NCBI RefSeq assembly: GCF_006345805.1
Contig: NW_021824840.1
Coordinates: forward strand, 1 to 64,000
Origin: Octopus sinensis
Taxonomy: Eukaryota
Direction of reading: 5' to 3'
DNA length: 64,000 nt
In this document: positions 39,696-53,721 of the stretch, one piece after another
Layout of the letters: every line of letters starts with the position of its first letter
Position numbering within the stretch: position 1 is the stretch's first letter
Program-made: the position numbers and the translations under genes
Notes under the pieces: generated by a model
Databases searched by the model: none
The model's input: only the letters and a program-made list of their open reading frames with translations
Told to the model about the DNA's origin: nothing

Positions 39696-39716
39696 CACCT
39701 CTTAGCTATATGTCTG

Positions 39717-40098
39717 TGGAGGCGCAATGGCCCAGTGGTTAGGGCAGCGGACTCGCGGTCGTAGGATCGCGGTTTCGATTCCCAGACCGGGCGTTGTGAG
39801 TGTTTATTGAGCGAAAACATCTAAAGCTCCACGAGGCTCAGGCAGGGATGGTGGTGATCCCTGCTGTACTCTTTCACCACAACTTTCTCTCACTCTTACT
39901 TCTTGTTTCTGTTGTACCTGTATTTCAAGGGCCGGCTTTGTCACTCTCTGTGTCACGCTGAATATCCCCCGAGAACTACGTTAAGGGTACACGTGTCTGT
40001 GGAGTGCTCAGCCACGTACACGTTAATTTCACGAGCAGGCTGTTCCGTTGATCGGATCAACCGTAACCCTCATCGTCGTAACTGACGGAGTGCTTCCA
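39717..40098 (+). mobile_element. OR-like SINE (young)
   Basis: Full copy; TSD CTATATGTCT. Confidence 0.92.
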
Positions 40099-40452
40099 TC
40101 AACTATATGTCTCCATGCTAAAGGCAACTCATGCAAATTTCCCTGACCAGTATATGTGTGTGTCTGCCCGCGTGTGTGTGTATATGTGATGTTGAAAATG
40201 ATAATTGCTTCTTTATTATTGTCTTCTTGTAGCGTTGAATCATACAATCCATTCGTGTTCAGATGTTACAAAGTATGTAAAAAATAAATGTTAATGAACT
40301 AACAGAAAGATGAGAGGGATCAGAAACGTTATACATCATGTAAAGACATATCAAAATGCTTAAAGTTACCCAAAATACATAATTTAAAAAGATATAATTT
40401 AAGGAAACAAAATACAGAAATAGATTATTCACACTCTTATCTTATGCTCCAT

Positions 40453-40910
40453 CGACATATTTGTTGGTGGTGGTGTGACACCCTCTACTTCAAGCATTAG
40501 ATATCATGGATGCTTGTAAAGGAAATTGACTCTTTGGGGTAGGCTCCATTTCTGATATCCTTGAAACTTCTTAGGATTCTCGATTTCACTCCCAAGGTTG
40601 ATGCTCTTTCTCGCATGTTCTTGATATTTTTCTGGTTGAGTACTCAATATTTTTTCATTCTGAACTTCACCCTTCCCTGCGACATATTTGTTGGTGGTGG
40701 TGTGACACCCTCTACTTCAAGCACTAGATATCATGGATGCTTGTAAAGTAAATTGACTCTTTGGGGTAGGCTCAATTTCTGATATCTTTGAAACTTCTTA
40801 GGATTCTCGATTTCACTCCCAAGGTTGATGCTCTTTCTCGCGTGTTCTAGATATTTTTCTGGTTGAGTACACAATATCTTTTCATTCTGAACTTCATCCC
40901 TCCCTGCGAT
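40453..40910. repeat. 227-bp tandem duplication
   Basis: CGACATATTTGTTGGTGG starts at 40453 and 40680. Confidence 0.93.
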
Positions 40911-41057
40911 AGTCTAAAAATCTTCTCTCTCCTGCATTCGCTACAGGAAGTAGGTTTCGACTTTGCTTCTGAAACCGAGGAAAAGGTTTTATTCTCTCTC
41001 TCTTTCTCTTTCTCTCTCTCTCTCTCTCTTGCTCTTTCTTTCCCTCTCCTTCTTTCC

Positions 41058-41101
<44 letters not shown>

Positions 41102-41824
41102 TTTTCCAACGCTTCTAAGGAAAAGTGTCTTAGACGAATTTTGCTGCTGCATGTAAAACAACCGGGCCTTCTGCTTTGCAACTTCGGTTTTACTTCTTTT
41201 ATCTTTATATCTATGACGGAGAACAACTCAAGAATGATCCTGTGGTTTCTGGGTTCATAATAACTTACAAGTCTATACTGAAACCCCGATCACATGCACT
41301 TTTCATCACCTCTATACATACCATCCAACCATATTACACCACGAAAATAACAATGGCCAATACCACTGTCAATACCACTTATTGTCACCTTTATATTATG
41401 CTGGCTTTGTACAGAGATACAAGACTAGGTTGTTGTGTTTCACACCATCTTCACTTGACGCATCGCCTCCGACTTATTTTCGCGGACCAGGCAACTACCA
41501 GCACGTCTTGACTCGGTCATTTGACAGTACAATGACCCACGCATCAGCTTGGTCTTCCTTCCTTGAATTTGTTCTTTGATGGATACACAGAAAGTTCCAT
41601 CTCTCTTTTTAAGACAGAAGAACGTTACATTTCTCCTTGTTCGCTCTCGGATAAATATTTGGACAAGGAGACGTAGTCTTTTATAATACACTGATGCTTA
41701 TACTTCTGTTGAAATGAACTCGTTCCATGTCTCCAGCGTTGTCTGTAATTGCTGTCAAACTTCATCCGTTTCAGAATCTCACACGGCAACATACGTGTTG
41801 GCGTATAAGTGTTGCTGATGAAAC

Positions 41825-41900
41825 AGTTGTAGTAGTAGTACTAGTAGTAGTAGTAGTAGTAGTAGTGTAGTAGTAGTAGTTGTTGTTGTTGTTGTTGATG

Positions 41901-41932
<32 letters not shown>

Positions 41933-42278
41933 GGGGTTGTTGTTGTTGGTGGTGGTGGTAGTAGTAGTAGTAGTAGTGGAGTTGTTGTTGGTGGTGGTAG
42001 TAGTGGTGGTAGTAGTGGTGGTAGTAGTAGTAGTCGTAGTAGTGTAGTTGTTGTTGTTGTTGTTGGTAGTGGTGGTGGTGGTAGTAGTGGTAGTAGTAGT
42101 AGTAGTAGTAGTAGTTGTAGTAGTGGAGTTGTTGTTGGTAGTAGTGGTGGTAGTAGTAGTAGTCGTAGTAGTGTAGTTGTTGTTGTTGGTGGTGGTGGTG
42201 GTGGTGGTGGTGGTGGTAGTAGTGGTAGTAGTAGTAGTAGTGGAGTTGTTGTTGTTGTTATTGTTGTTGTTGTTGTTG

Positions 42279-42315
<37 letters not shown>

Positions 42316-42326
42316 CAGCAGCAGTA
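41825..42326. repeat. Compound (GTA)n/(GTT)n/(GTG)n trinucleotide tract
   Basis: Directly visible. Confidence 0.95.
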
Positions 42327-42575
42327 GTATAGATGTTGTTAAACAAGTCTCGCTGAAACTATTCTATGAGTTATTGATTAATTAGAGAAGTTTACTTATA
42401 TCTTCCCTTCAAATTGCGTATCCTACAGCAAAACAACCTCGCTCGTACTCTCTTTCCACCCCCCCCCCTCTTGTTTACCATCTTCAGAAACCTGTTTTCT
42501 ATCATTCGAAATTATAAAGATATTGGGTCGTCGAGGAAGCCTTTTTTTTCTTTTTCTTTTTCTTTTTTTTTTTCA

Positions 42576-43014
42576 TCTTTCTCTATATAAACGGCAGTTT
42601 GTTTGTCTGTGTGTCTGTGTGTCTGTCAGGTTGTACCCTCACCCTGACCACGGCTTTCAACCGATTCTGATGAAACTTGACACACACATAGCCCAATGTC
42701 ATAATTCAAAACTAACGCAGTGAAAATTTTGAAAAGTTCCCCCAGTTCTGAAAAAAATAGATAAATTCGACATGGGGTCGAGAATCTAAGCTTTTTATAT
42801 GCAACATATTTTCTGTCTAGGGGACACAACTCGACCTTTTTATCGCCCAAAGGGACAACTAGGAACATCGTATACACAGAAGTATTCGAGTGAAGAGAAG
42901 ACATTGCAACCTACACATGCGCCTTCGTTCCCTAGAGGGAAAGGACTAGATTGGGATTAGTCGTTGCCTACTAGGGCTCTTACATACCCGGGCAACGCCG
43001 GGCTATGCTGCTAG
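42576..43014 (+). mobile_element. Non-autonomous Helitron (family A)
   Basis: A|TC...CCCGGGCAACGCCGGG...CTAG|T. Confidence 0.88.
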
Positions 43015-43309
43015 TTTTTTTATAAATGTAGAATATATTTTCTTCAAAAACAAATTTGATAGGATTTTTAATAAACTAAGAGCAAAGCATGCGTGTTCAC
43101 GCATGCAAAGTTAATGATTTGGATAATGTAGTCCTGGATATATTATGGATGAAAACCAAGACAGAATAGTTAAAGCTAGGGTACCTTTGAAAATATGCCT
43201 GCTAATGGGGAAGTACGGGCTAAACAACAATAACTACTACTACCACTTCTACTACTACTACTACTACTACTACTACAATAATAATAATTATCATTATTAT
43301 CATTATTAT

Positions 43310-43344
43310 TATGCCCATGCTAGCATGGAGAACGGACGTTAAAC

Positions 43345-43375
<31 letters not shown>
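43310..43375 (+). mobile_element. Very short 3' end of a retroposon ending in (GAT)n
   Basis: CCATGCTAGCATGGAGAACGGACGTTAAAC(GAT)n: hairpin plus simple-repeat tail. Confidence 0.5.
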
Positions 43376-43790
43376 TTTCAGATTTTGGCACAAGGTCTGC
43401 AAGTTCGGTGGAGGGAGTAAATCGATTACATCGAACTCAGTACTTGACTGATACTTATTCTATCGACCCGAGAAGGATGTAAGGCAAAGTCAATCTCGGT
43501 GGAATTTGAACTCAGAACGTAAGGACGGACGAAAAGCCGTTAAGTATTTTGCCCGGCATGCTAACAATTCTACCAGCTCGCCACCTTAATGACAATAATA
43601 ATCCTTTCTACTATAGGCACAAGGCCTGAAATTGGTGAGGGAGGGGTTAAATCTATTACATTAACCCCTAGTGCTCAAATGGTGCTTATTTTATCGACTC
43701 CAAAAGGAGGAAAGGCAAATTCGACCTCGGCAGAATTTGAACTCAGAACATAGCGACGGGCGATTTCGTCCACCGTACTAACAACTCTGC
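43375..43790 (-). mobile_element. Two tandem older Nin/Deu-like SINEs (tail B)
   Basis: Cores at about 43460-43510 and 43695-43750 with the tail GGCCTTGTGCC. Further diverged copies at about 23975-24500, 31500-31630, 31890-32120, 47590-47990, 51445-51650, 55200-55650, 56440-56650 and 62040-62140. Confidence 0.75.
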
Positions 43791-44001
43791 AATAATAATA
43801 ATAATGAGGGAGAGGAGAAGGAGGAGGACGAAGAGGAGGAGGGGAGAGGAAGAGGAGGAGATGATGATGTAAGTGCAGGTGCAAGCCATTGATGCTCACC
43901 TGCATATACTCCGGAAATCTAACATTAATTATTATTTCTTTTGTTTTTTAGTTCAACTTCTTGATACTCTATTTTTTACAAACACTGAACACATACACAC
44001 A

Positions 44002-44053
<52 letters not shown>

Positions 44054-46895
44054 CCCACCTAGTTCCTTGATGTAATCAAATCGGTTTCCTTAAGTGGGTA
44101 ACAGGGAACATTATTTTGTTTTTTATGAACTGACCAACCGGAAATTGTAAAGAGAGGTACGCACGCACACATAATCGCGCGTGTTTGTATGTGTGTGAGT
44201 GTGTGTACACGCGCGCGCGTATGTGTTTGTGCGCATTAATATATATATATATACACATATATATTGCACATGAATATATATATATACACATATATATATA
44301 TACGTATTCGTATGTATGTGAATGTATATATACATGCATATATATGTGCATGCATACATGCATATATATGTATATATGTCTGTCTGTATGCATGCGTGTG
44401 TGTATGTATATATGTGTATTTAGTAAGTATCTATCTGTCTATGCAAGTACTTGAGAATATACTCACATACATGCATTCATAAATTTATATATATTTACAA
44501 GCGTGTATACACACATATAAATGTATGTATTTGTGTATGTATGTATGTGTGTATGTGTGTATGTATGCATGTATGTATGTATGTATGCATGTATGTATGT
44601 ATGTATGCATGCATGTATGTATGCATGTATGTATGTATGTATGTATGTATGTATGTATGTATGTATGTATGTATGTATGTATGCATGTATGTATGTATGC
44701 AGGTATGCATGTATGTATGTATGTATGTATGTATGTATGTATGTATGTATGTATGTATGTATATAGAAACCGGACATGGTTTAAATTTGACCTTCGAAAT
44801 GAAAAAGAAGCACATATATTTCTCTGTGTGTGCGTTTGTCTGGGTCAGAATGTATGTATGTGTGAATGAATAAGTAGAGTGAATGTATACATGCGTATGT
44901 ATTTGTGTGTGTGTGCGTTTGTGTTTATACGTGTGGTGTGTGTACGTATGTGTATGTTTGTGTATATATGTATGTGTATGTATGTGTGTGTGTGTGTGTG
45001 TGTTACACCAGATTTCTCGTCCCTAAGTACCACTCACATCTGAAGACATCTCAAGACGTAACCAGTCTTTTCACATCAATTAAAACAGTAAAATTGTGAA
45101 AACATCCTTCCTTCATAAATCTATTCATCTCACCAATAATCTGGAAGCTCTTGCAAGGGTCATGGGCGCTGGCGCACCTCTCCACCACTACCACGACCAC
45201 CAACACTGCATTTTCCTCCCCCTCCTTCTCCTTCTGTTTCTCTTCCGACCAATTAAACAAGAAATACTAAAACGAATTATTAAAAAAAATATATTGCAAC
45301 TTTTTACTTATAACTTTTTTATATTTTTTTCATTTCTTTTAATTTTTTTTCTTTCTTCTCGTTTTCCGCCGCCATTTTCTTCTTTCTCTCTTCCTTTCAT
45401 TCTTTCTTTTTTTCTTTCTTCTTTCTCTTTCTTTCTTGCCTTTTCCCTTTTTACTTCCTATTTCTGTTCTCTACATTTCTTTTTCTTGTTTATTTTTTTG
45501 TTTTCTCCTTTATTTTTGATTATTCTTATTCTTGTTCTTATTCCTATTCCTTCGTTTTCCTTCATGACGTCGTTGCTCTCCTTCAAGCAGTGGTGGTTGT
45601 GTTAACAGCGAGGGCGGCGGCGGTGGTGTTGGCGGCCGTCGTGGTACTGGCAGTGCTGGTGGATTTGCTATGAGACAGATTTATTATAAGATGGTTAATG
45701 TATAGAAAGAAATGTTCCAGAGACCCCCACAGTGCCTTAAGGTATAGCAAAATAATGGTTGGTGAGTTCCGTCAACGCACACTGAAATGCATTGAGCGTT
45801 GACATTGCAGTATGACAATGCAGTTTGACAGGAGAGGAAAGGCGGATGTAGACATTAGATGAGTGACATGGCTCAGTGACTTGGATGTCAAAGACGGTGG
45901 AAGGTTTGCTAATGTCAAATGTCAAAAATATTACTTAAACTTTGCTCGCGTTGAAGTTCTGATGTGGGACAAAGGAAAGCAAACTTTTGGTAGATCTGAC
46001 ACTCCAGAAGTCATACTGGTGATCAGTGAAAAGAGAAAGTGCGCAAGCGAGGAAGAGAGGGGAGAGAGAGAGAGAGGGAGAGAGAGAGAGAGAAACTGAG
46101 GGATAGACAGACAGACAGACAGATAGATACATACATACATACATACATGCATACATACATGCATACATACATACATACCTGCATACATACATACATACAT
46201 ACATGCATGCATGCATACATACATACATACATACATACATACATAATACATACATGCATGCATGCATGCATACATACATACATACATACATACATAAATA
46301 CATACATACATACATACATACATACACATACATACATACATACATACATGCATGCATGTATGCATGCATACATACATACATACATACATAAATACATACA
46401 TACATACATACATACATACATACATACATACATACATACATACATACATACATACATAGACAGAAAAACTGAGACTCAGGTGACCAACGAGATGAGATAA
46501 TTGTTAAGTTTTCATTACTCTTGAGATTTTGGAAGTGAGAGCGATATGGTGACAATTTGTTGCACGGAATAGTTGCTTTTTGAAAGGACGAAACATACAG
46601 TAGCGACTTTTTAAAGATTACAATAGACTCCTGTCTGTCGTCGTCGTCATCATCATCATCATCATCGTCATCGTCGTCGTCGTCACCATCATCATCGTCG
46701 TCATCATCATCATCATCATGGTAAACCTTTGTATGTTGGATCCTGTTGTGCAGTTCTCCACTTAGCATTGATGTAGAGTATATGTGATTTCTATATCAGA
46801 AAGGTATCCTATATCTAGATCAACAGGTCTGAGCAATCTTTCCACTCTGCTGATCTGTTCGACTGACGACCTACAACTCATATGTGTGCTACAAA

Positions 46896-47290
46896 TCTTT
46901 ATATATAAAAGAGAAGTTGTGTGCTGTCTGTCTCCTACGATTTAGATTCCTAACTATTCCCACATTTTGCGGTGCAGTTTAACCAAAACCGGGTATCTTA
47001 TAGTCGTGATTCATATCGAGCCCTTCTGGGTATTAGCGCGCGTCTACGATGAGTCTACGATTTCTAAAAAATTTACCATCAATTTTTCACATTTTTAATG
47101 CATTTTTGGCATATATAAGGGAAGTAACTCTCTAAAAATTTATTATTAAATCTCAGAACGTAAAAAGCTACGGTAACCCCCCCCCTTTGTGGTTAGCCAT
47201 ATTGAGATGGCTATTATACTTTACATCTCTAAAAATGCTTATATAGTTATTTCCCTTACAAACCCGAGCAACACCGGGCGATACTGCTAG
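46896..47290 (+). mobile_element. Non-autonomous Helitron (family B)
   Basis: A|TC...CCCGAGCAACACCGGG...CTAG|T. Confidence 0.88.
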
Positions 47291-48397
47291 TAACATATAA
47301 AACCCTCTCAGTTCATACCCTAATATATTCCTAGATACACAGTGACTGTAAAGGAGATGGGATGGTAACGGGCAAAACGTTTCTGATCATTGGTGCGCTC
47401 ATTATCAGAATCACCATCAATGTCGCCATGTGTATTTTTATCCTCAGCACCATAGTAATTTATACTTTCCTCCTAATCCTCTCTTCTTCCTCATTATTTT
47501 CTCATTTCTCTTCAGATATATTTACAATGTTTTATTTTGACTTTGCAAAGCTAACTTTTAGACTAATATTGATTTAAAATTGTCGCACAAGGCCGGTCAT
47601 TTCAGATAAGTCGATTACTTATTTTATCAACCCCGAAAGGAAGAAAGTAAAGTCGACCGCGACGGAATTTTTAATTCAAAACATTAAGACGGACGTAATT
47701 CCGCTAAGCATATTGTCCGGCGTACTATCGATTCTACCAGCTCACCGCTTAATAAATACTTTAATATTATTATCTATTATAAGGCAGCAAGTTGGCAGTA
47801 TCGTTAACACGCCGGAAAAATGCTTAGCGGCATTTCGTCAATCTTTACGTTCTGAGTTCAAATTCCGTCGAGGTCGACTTTACCTTTTATCCTCTTGGGG
47901 TCGATAAAATAAGTACCAGTTCATCACCGGAGTCGATGTAATCGACTTATCCCCTCCCCCGAAATTGCTGGCCTGGTGCCAAAATTTGGAACGAATATTA
48001 TTTGTTTTGGCATTTTTCAGAGAATGAAGGGCAGCACCTATAATCTTTTGAAGGACCTATGGGACTGGTAGGAGCCGGAAGAAAGAAAGAAAGAAACAAC
48101 AATTCGTTGTTTTGCTAGAAAAGAGCCTATCGAGATACCAAGTTAACTTCTGGCTTGGAACTGGATCTGAATGTTTACAACAGATGGACTCCGCTAAAAG
48201 TAAACAACACGTATAAACGAAAGCAAAATAAAAGGTTTATAATTAAGCAACTGATTATGTGGAGGGAGAAAGAAGTCGCAAAGCAGATGAATATATAATA
48301 AAACGAGGCAGTAATAGGATGAGAATCACTGTAATATAAAGAAGGAGAAGGGGGAAAGTAGTGAAAAGAGGAAGGTACATGATATAAAGAAACACCA

Positions 48398-48505
<108 letters not shown>

Positions 48506-48984
48506 GGAAACTAAAAGATGAAAGTAGAAGAAAATTGAAATTCTGTGATCTGTGGTACAATTTACAAAGCTATATTCTGGATCGTACTACTTGCTTATAC
48601 ACCAGTAAAACTTCATTCTGATATCTTCTATCAGGTCATTAGTTCGTGGCGTGAACTAATTTCAAAATGTCGTCCCCAAAACAAGTTTACCTGAAGAAAC
48701 TTTATTGTACCTACAGGTTGAATAGGCTGCAATTTTACGAGTGCAATTTTCTTTCTTTGAAATCCTCGGTCTTTTTTTTTTTGTAAGTTTGTTAAAGTTC
48801 ATTAGATATCCAACCATATGAATATTTAGTGGTCTTTTTTCTAATCCGCATTTTGTGTGAAAGTTTCACTTGTAGCTAAGTTTTTGATTATTTTTTTTGA
48901 AAGGTATTTCAGGAGAAACTGGTAAAACGTATCAGGAAACTTGACGTCTTGTCGTTTTTCTCAGCGTTTGAAAAACATACTCAA

Positions 48985-49221
48985 ATATATTTCTTTACTA
49001 CCCACAAGGGGCTAAACATAGAGGGGACAAACAAGGACAGACAAAGGGATTAAGTCGATTATATCAACTCCAGTGCGTAACTGGTACTTTATTTAGAGAC
49101 CCCGAAAGGATGAAAGGCAAAGTCGACCTCGGCGGAAATTGAACTCAGAACGTAACGGCAGACGAAATACCGCTAAGCATTTCGCCCGGAGTGCTAACGT
49201 TTCTGCCAGCTCGCCGCCTTA
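48985..49221 (-). mobile_element. Nin/Deu-like SINE monomer (tail A)
   Basis: Near-consensus reverse-complement copy. Confidence 0.9.
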
Positions 49222-50472
49222 ACCAGCTCGCCAACAAGCCTTGTGCACACCACTTTATCTTATGGAATTTTATTTCAGTCTGTTATATCTTATTTATTTA
49301 AATAGCAATCAGCTATATTCCTTGTATTTTCAATATATGCATCCTCCTCCTCTTTGCCATTTCATTTTTCTTTTATTCTTTTTTTCTTCATAACACATCT
49401 TGCTCACTCCTTCCATAACTAGACGTCCAAAATTATCTCATAAAAAAATTGAGAACAATTAGAAAAACCTACTGTTCTCATAATTGGAAAAATAAACTTG
49501 TATTTTTCTATAGAATGTTGTATGTATTTAACTTTATTCCTATTTTATCATTTTATGTTTTCAAAAACGATCAACTGGGTTATATACACGTGTATGTCTC
49601 CTCCAGTATCTTATTTCTTTTCTTTTAACATTCTTTTCTATTCACGGCTAACATGAACTAAAAAATTTCGGGTAGGAAATTGAGTTCGTTGTAAAAATAA
49701 TTGCACATCAAGCTACACACTTTGATATCTTAACTTCAAAATGCTAGCATAACCCTTCTCTAGGATTTGGAGTTCATTCCATCTGGTCATGGCGATTCAA
49801 AACATTTCATTCCATTTAAATTTAGCTAAAATATAAACAAGAAGCTGTCGCACGAATCAAAGTAGAAGAAAAAAAAAACATTAATCTTTGCAAAAACAAA
49901 ATGTGTTGTTTCATTATATTAGACTAGAGATTTTGATTCAATACTTTAAATGCTAACATAAAGCCATCGTTGATAGAAACTCGTACAAAAATCTATTCAC
50001 TGAAACGAATTACAGCGAAAGCCAAGACAAATACAAGTTAAATATAAAACAGTGGTGCTGTTAGCTTTATGTGCATATGTGTCTATGTGTGTGTGCGTAT
50101 ACGTGTGTGTGCGCATACGTGTGTGTGCATGTGTATGTGAGTGTGTGACGAGTGTATGTGTGTGTATCTGTGTGTGTGTGCATATGTATGTGTGTGTGTG
50201 CGCGTGTCTGTGTGTGACACTTGGTGGACTAATCGGTGATACTATACACACATATGTATATAATATACACATATACACGCAGATGGATAAATGCATGTGT
50301 TTGTGTGTACATACATATATACAATATTATATATATATATATATATAGATATATATATATATAAATACATACATATATATGCATATATATATATGGTGTG
50401 AATATATATATATTATATATATATATATACTATATATATAGTATATATATTATATATTATATATATATATAT

Positions 50473-50504
<32 letters not shown>

Positions 50505-50602
50505 TTATATATATTATATATATATATATATAATATATTATATATATATATATTATATATATTATATATATATATATAAATACATACATATATATGCATA
50601 TA

Positions 50603-50649
<47 letters not shown>

Positions 50650-51673
50650 ATATATATTATATATATATATATGTATGTATATATATATTATGTACTATAT
50701 AATCACATACTCGTACATATGTCTACGCATCTATCAAACCACAACGGGTTTATGTTAGAACTCTTGACTTATTTGTAGTCGAATTGATAAATATGTATTA
50801 ACCTGTTGGGATTTGAATGCAATTATAAATTGGTTAACCGATTCCAATAAATTGGTTAACCGATTCCAATAAATTTAATGTCAACAGAGCTGAACTGCGA
50901 ACTCGACTTCAGGAGAGGAAATATATCACATATATTTCACGTGAAAAGTAGGAACATTACAATTTATGCTAGTAACTCTAATATTGGTATTATCACTATC
51001 ACATAACCGAAAACTGAATCTTGGGTTTGTTTGTAACACATTCTACGAAATACTTGTTGATTTTTCCACTTCACTTGGGATCAGGTCATTTTCTTCCTCG
51101 AATTAAACTTCGACGAACGAATAAAAACATTTTTTTTTTCTTTTGTTTTATTTCATGCCGGAATATCAAGACATAAGGAGGTGAAAGGTGCCGAGGGTTG
51201 TACACCAGGCAAAGTAATTATAACAGTACCAATACGTTTCATATCTTTAAGAAATGCTGTACGATTTTCTTCGTCGTGTTTCTTGATAGTTGTGTGATAT
51301 TCATCGTGATTCTTGATAGCTGTGTTTGCGATTTCAAGCTGAACACATTAAATCCAAAAACAATTAGTCTTGTGTGATGTTGGATAAGTGATTTTAGTGA
51401 AATTAACTAGTTGTAGGAGTAGTATAATGGTAGTGGTGGGAGGCGGAGGCGAGCTGACAGAATCGTTAGCACATTTGACAAAATGCTTTACTTGGTAGCA
51501 TTTCGTCCGGTTTTACGTTCTGAGTTCAAATTCCACCTAGGACGACTTTTATCCTTCCGTAGTCGAAAAAATGATAACTAGTTGAGCACTGAAGTCGATG
51601 CAATCGGTAATCTCCCGCCCCCAAAATTTCAAACCCTATGTCTAAACTAGAAACATTATTAATATTATTAATA

Positions 51674-51729
<56 letters not shown>

Positions 51730-51740
51730 TAATAATAATA

Positions 51741-52138
51741 ACCTTTTCTTCAATGCTGCCAAGGTACCTTTTCCTCAATTAAATCTCACGTCAATTCTTT
51801 CAGCAAATCCATGTACTATTTGAATTTGTGTTTCTAGTTATTAATCCCATGCAGCGTACAATTTAAAGCCATCTATATCATTATGAGTTTATGTGTGTAT
51901 GTGCGTGCGTGTGTACCTGTATATGTGAGTGTGTGGCGAGTGTATGTGCGTGTGTATCTGTGTACGTGTGTACATATGTATGTGTGCGTGTGTGCGTGTC
52001 TGTGACACTTGGTGGACTAATCGGTGATACTATACACACATATGTTCTTCTCAATACGTGTGACGTACCAGCTAAGACAATCTTTTGCACTTCCTGCATG
52101 GATGGTAAGTCCGGGATCATCCTCAAATAATTTTCTTA

Positions 52139-52189
<51 letters not shown>

Positions 52190-53260
52190 TCTTTCAATTT
52201 TGTTTCCGTTTCTTGCCGAGTGTCTTCCCAACACCTAGGGCAAAGAAACTCACAGTATACGTTGGTAGGTCATTAAAATAAACACACCAGATTGTTCGTT
52301 TACAAAGTCATGTGACAGAAAAAATAGGGGAAGAAAGATAGACCAAAGAAATAAAAAAGAAAACATGAAAAAGTCGAAAACAAAGAAAATAAAGGGAAAA
52401 AGGAAAGAAAATTCACAGCGACAATGTTCTTCTCAATACGTGTAACATACGAATGCAATAATCTTTTGCACATCCTGCATGGATGGTAAACCAAGGATCA
52501 TCTTCAAATAATTTTCATATCATCATCATCATCATCATCATTATTATTATTATTATATTATTATTATTATTATTATTATTTTTATTATATTATTATTATT
52601 ATTATTATTATTATTTAGTTGACAATATCGTTAGGTTGCGGAAAAGATGTCTTGCCAGAATTAGGTATTTTTACTCTTTGCTGTGACAGCATGAAAATTT
52701 TTGCATATTACCTTATTTTTCCCATTCAGCTACGTTTAAAAAAAATCTCTCTTATGCGTCTATAATATTACTTCTATGCCTTTTGCGTCAACCAGGTTTT
52801 AGGATTTCTAAATATTTTTACGTCTGTGCATATTCTAAATCATTGTTTCTTTATTTAGCACGATACTAATGTTCTTAATTAACCTTTTCTTCAATGCTGC
52901 CAAGGTACCTTTTCCTCAATTAAATCTCACGTCAATTCTTTCAGCAAATCCATGCACTATTTGAAGCTGTGTTTCTAGTTATTAATCACATGCAGCGTAC
53001 AATTTAAAGCCATCCATATAGAAAAGATAGTTTATTTCCTCCCATAGCATTTGTATTCGAGTCAAGCCTGGTGAACATTTTGACTTAGTCATAGTTACGA
53101 AGATAGTTTCCCTCAATGAACCAGCCAGGTGTTGCTTCGGTTTTGTCATTATCTTATTAAACATCTCTGCAAACGCCATATGTGTCACTGTAAAATGCCT
53201 TAACCATAAATCTGGCATCTTATCGTGTCCTGGTGCCTTCTAGTTGCTTGTATTTTCTTT
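51741..53260 (-). pseudogene. Rearranged fragments of an R4/Dong-like non-LTR element
   Basis: Peptides WKAPGHDK, INYLFYMDGFKLYAA (RT LLYMDD-type motif) and IPDLPSMQEVQKIVLAGTSHVLRRT (RLE-type C-terminus). Confidence 0.7.
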
Positions 53261-53721
53261 GTGGCGTCTGACCTACTGTGCATGTGTTGCGTTCGTTATT
53301 TTGAACAAGCATTTTCGTGATAATTCCTTCGTTGTCCATACTCCCTGCTGGGATTCTTCTACTTCATTTTCTGTTAGTGTTGCATTGATTTTTAATTTAT
53401 TTTGACTTAGCACTTGACAGAATTGTTAGGATTGAAGTAAAACTGTTTGTTCAATTCATAAAATCACTGTCGCCTTTCTCTCTGCCGGTTTCTTTAATTC
53501 ATAAAATAAAGTATCACTAGGTAAACAACTTACTACAGTGAGTGTAACTAATATGAGAATCGATACAGCGTCTAAAAGTATGTTCTATAGTGATTAATTA
53601 TATTTCTATACATTTTACATGTTTAAATCCCACCAAAGTCGACTTTGCCACTAAATTTTCTGGGATCGATACAAGTCAAGGCGACTGAGTAAGAACCAAG
53701 CAGTTTATCTTATAGGATCGG

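Noticed and set aside
41771-42346. Mucin-like Thr/Asn-rich protein gene
   Set aside because: The open frame is the expected result of ACN/AAC repeats; there is no splice or domain context.
45096-45605. 169-codon hydrophobic ORF
   Set aside because: It is driven by T/C-rich low-complexity sequence with no domain.
45773-45803. Hairpin GTCAACGC...GCGTTGAC as a pre-miRNA
   Set aside because: The stem is only about 14 bp with mismatches, too short for a Drosha/Dicer substrate.
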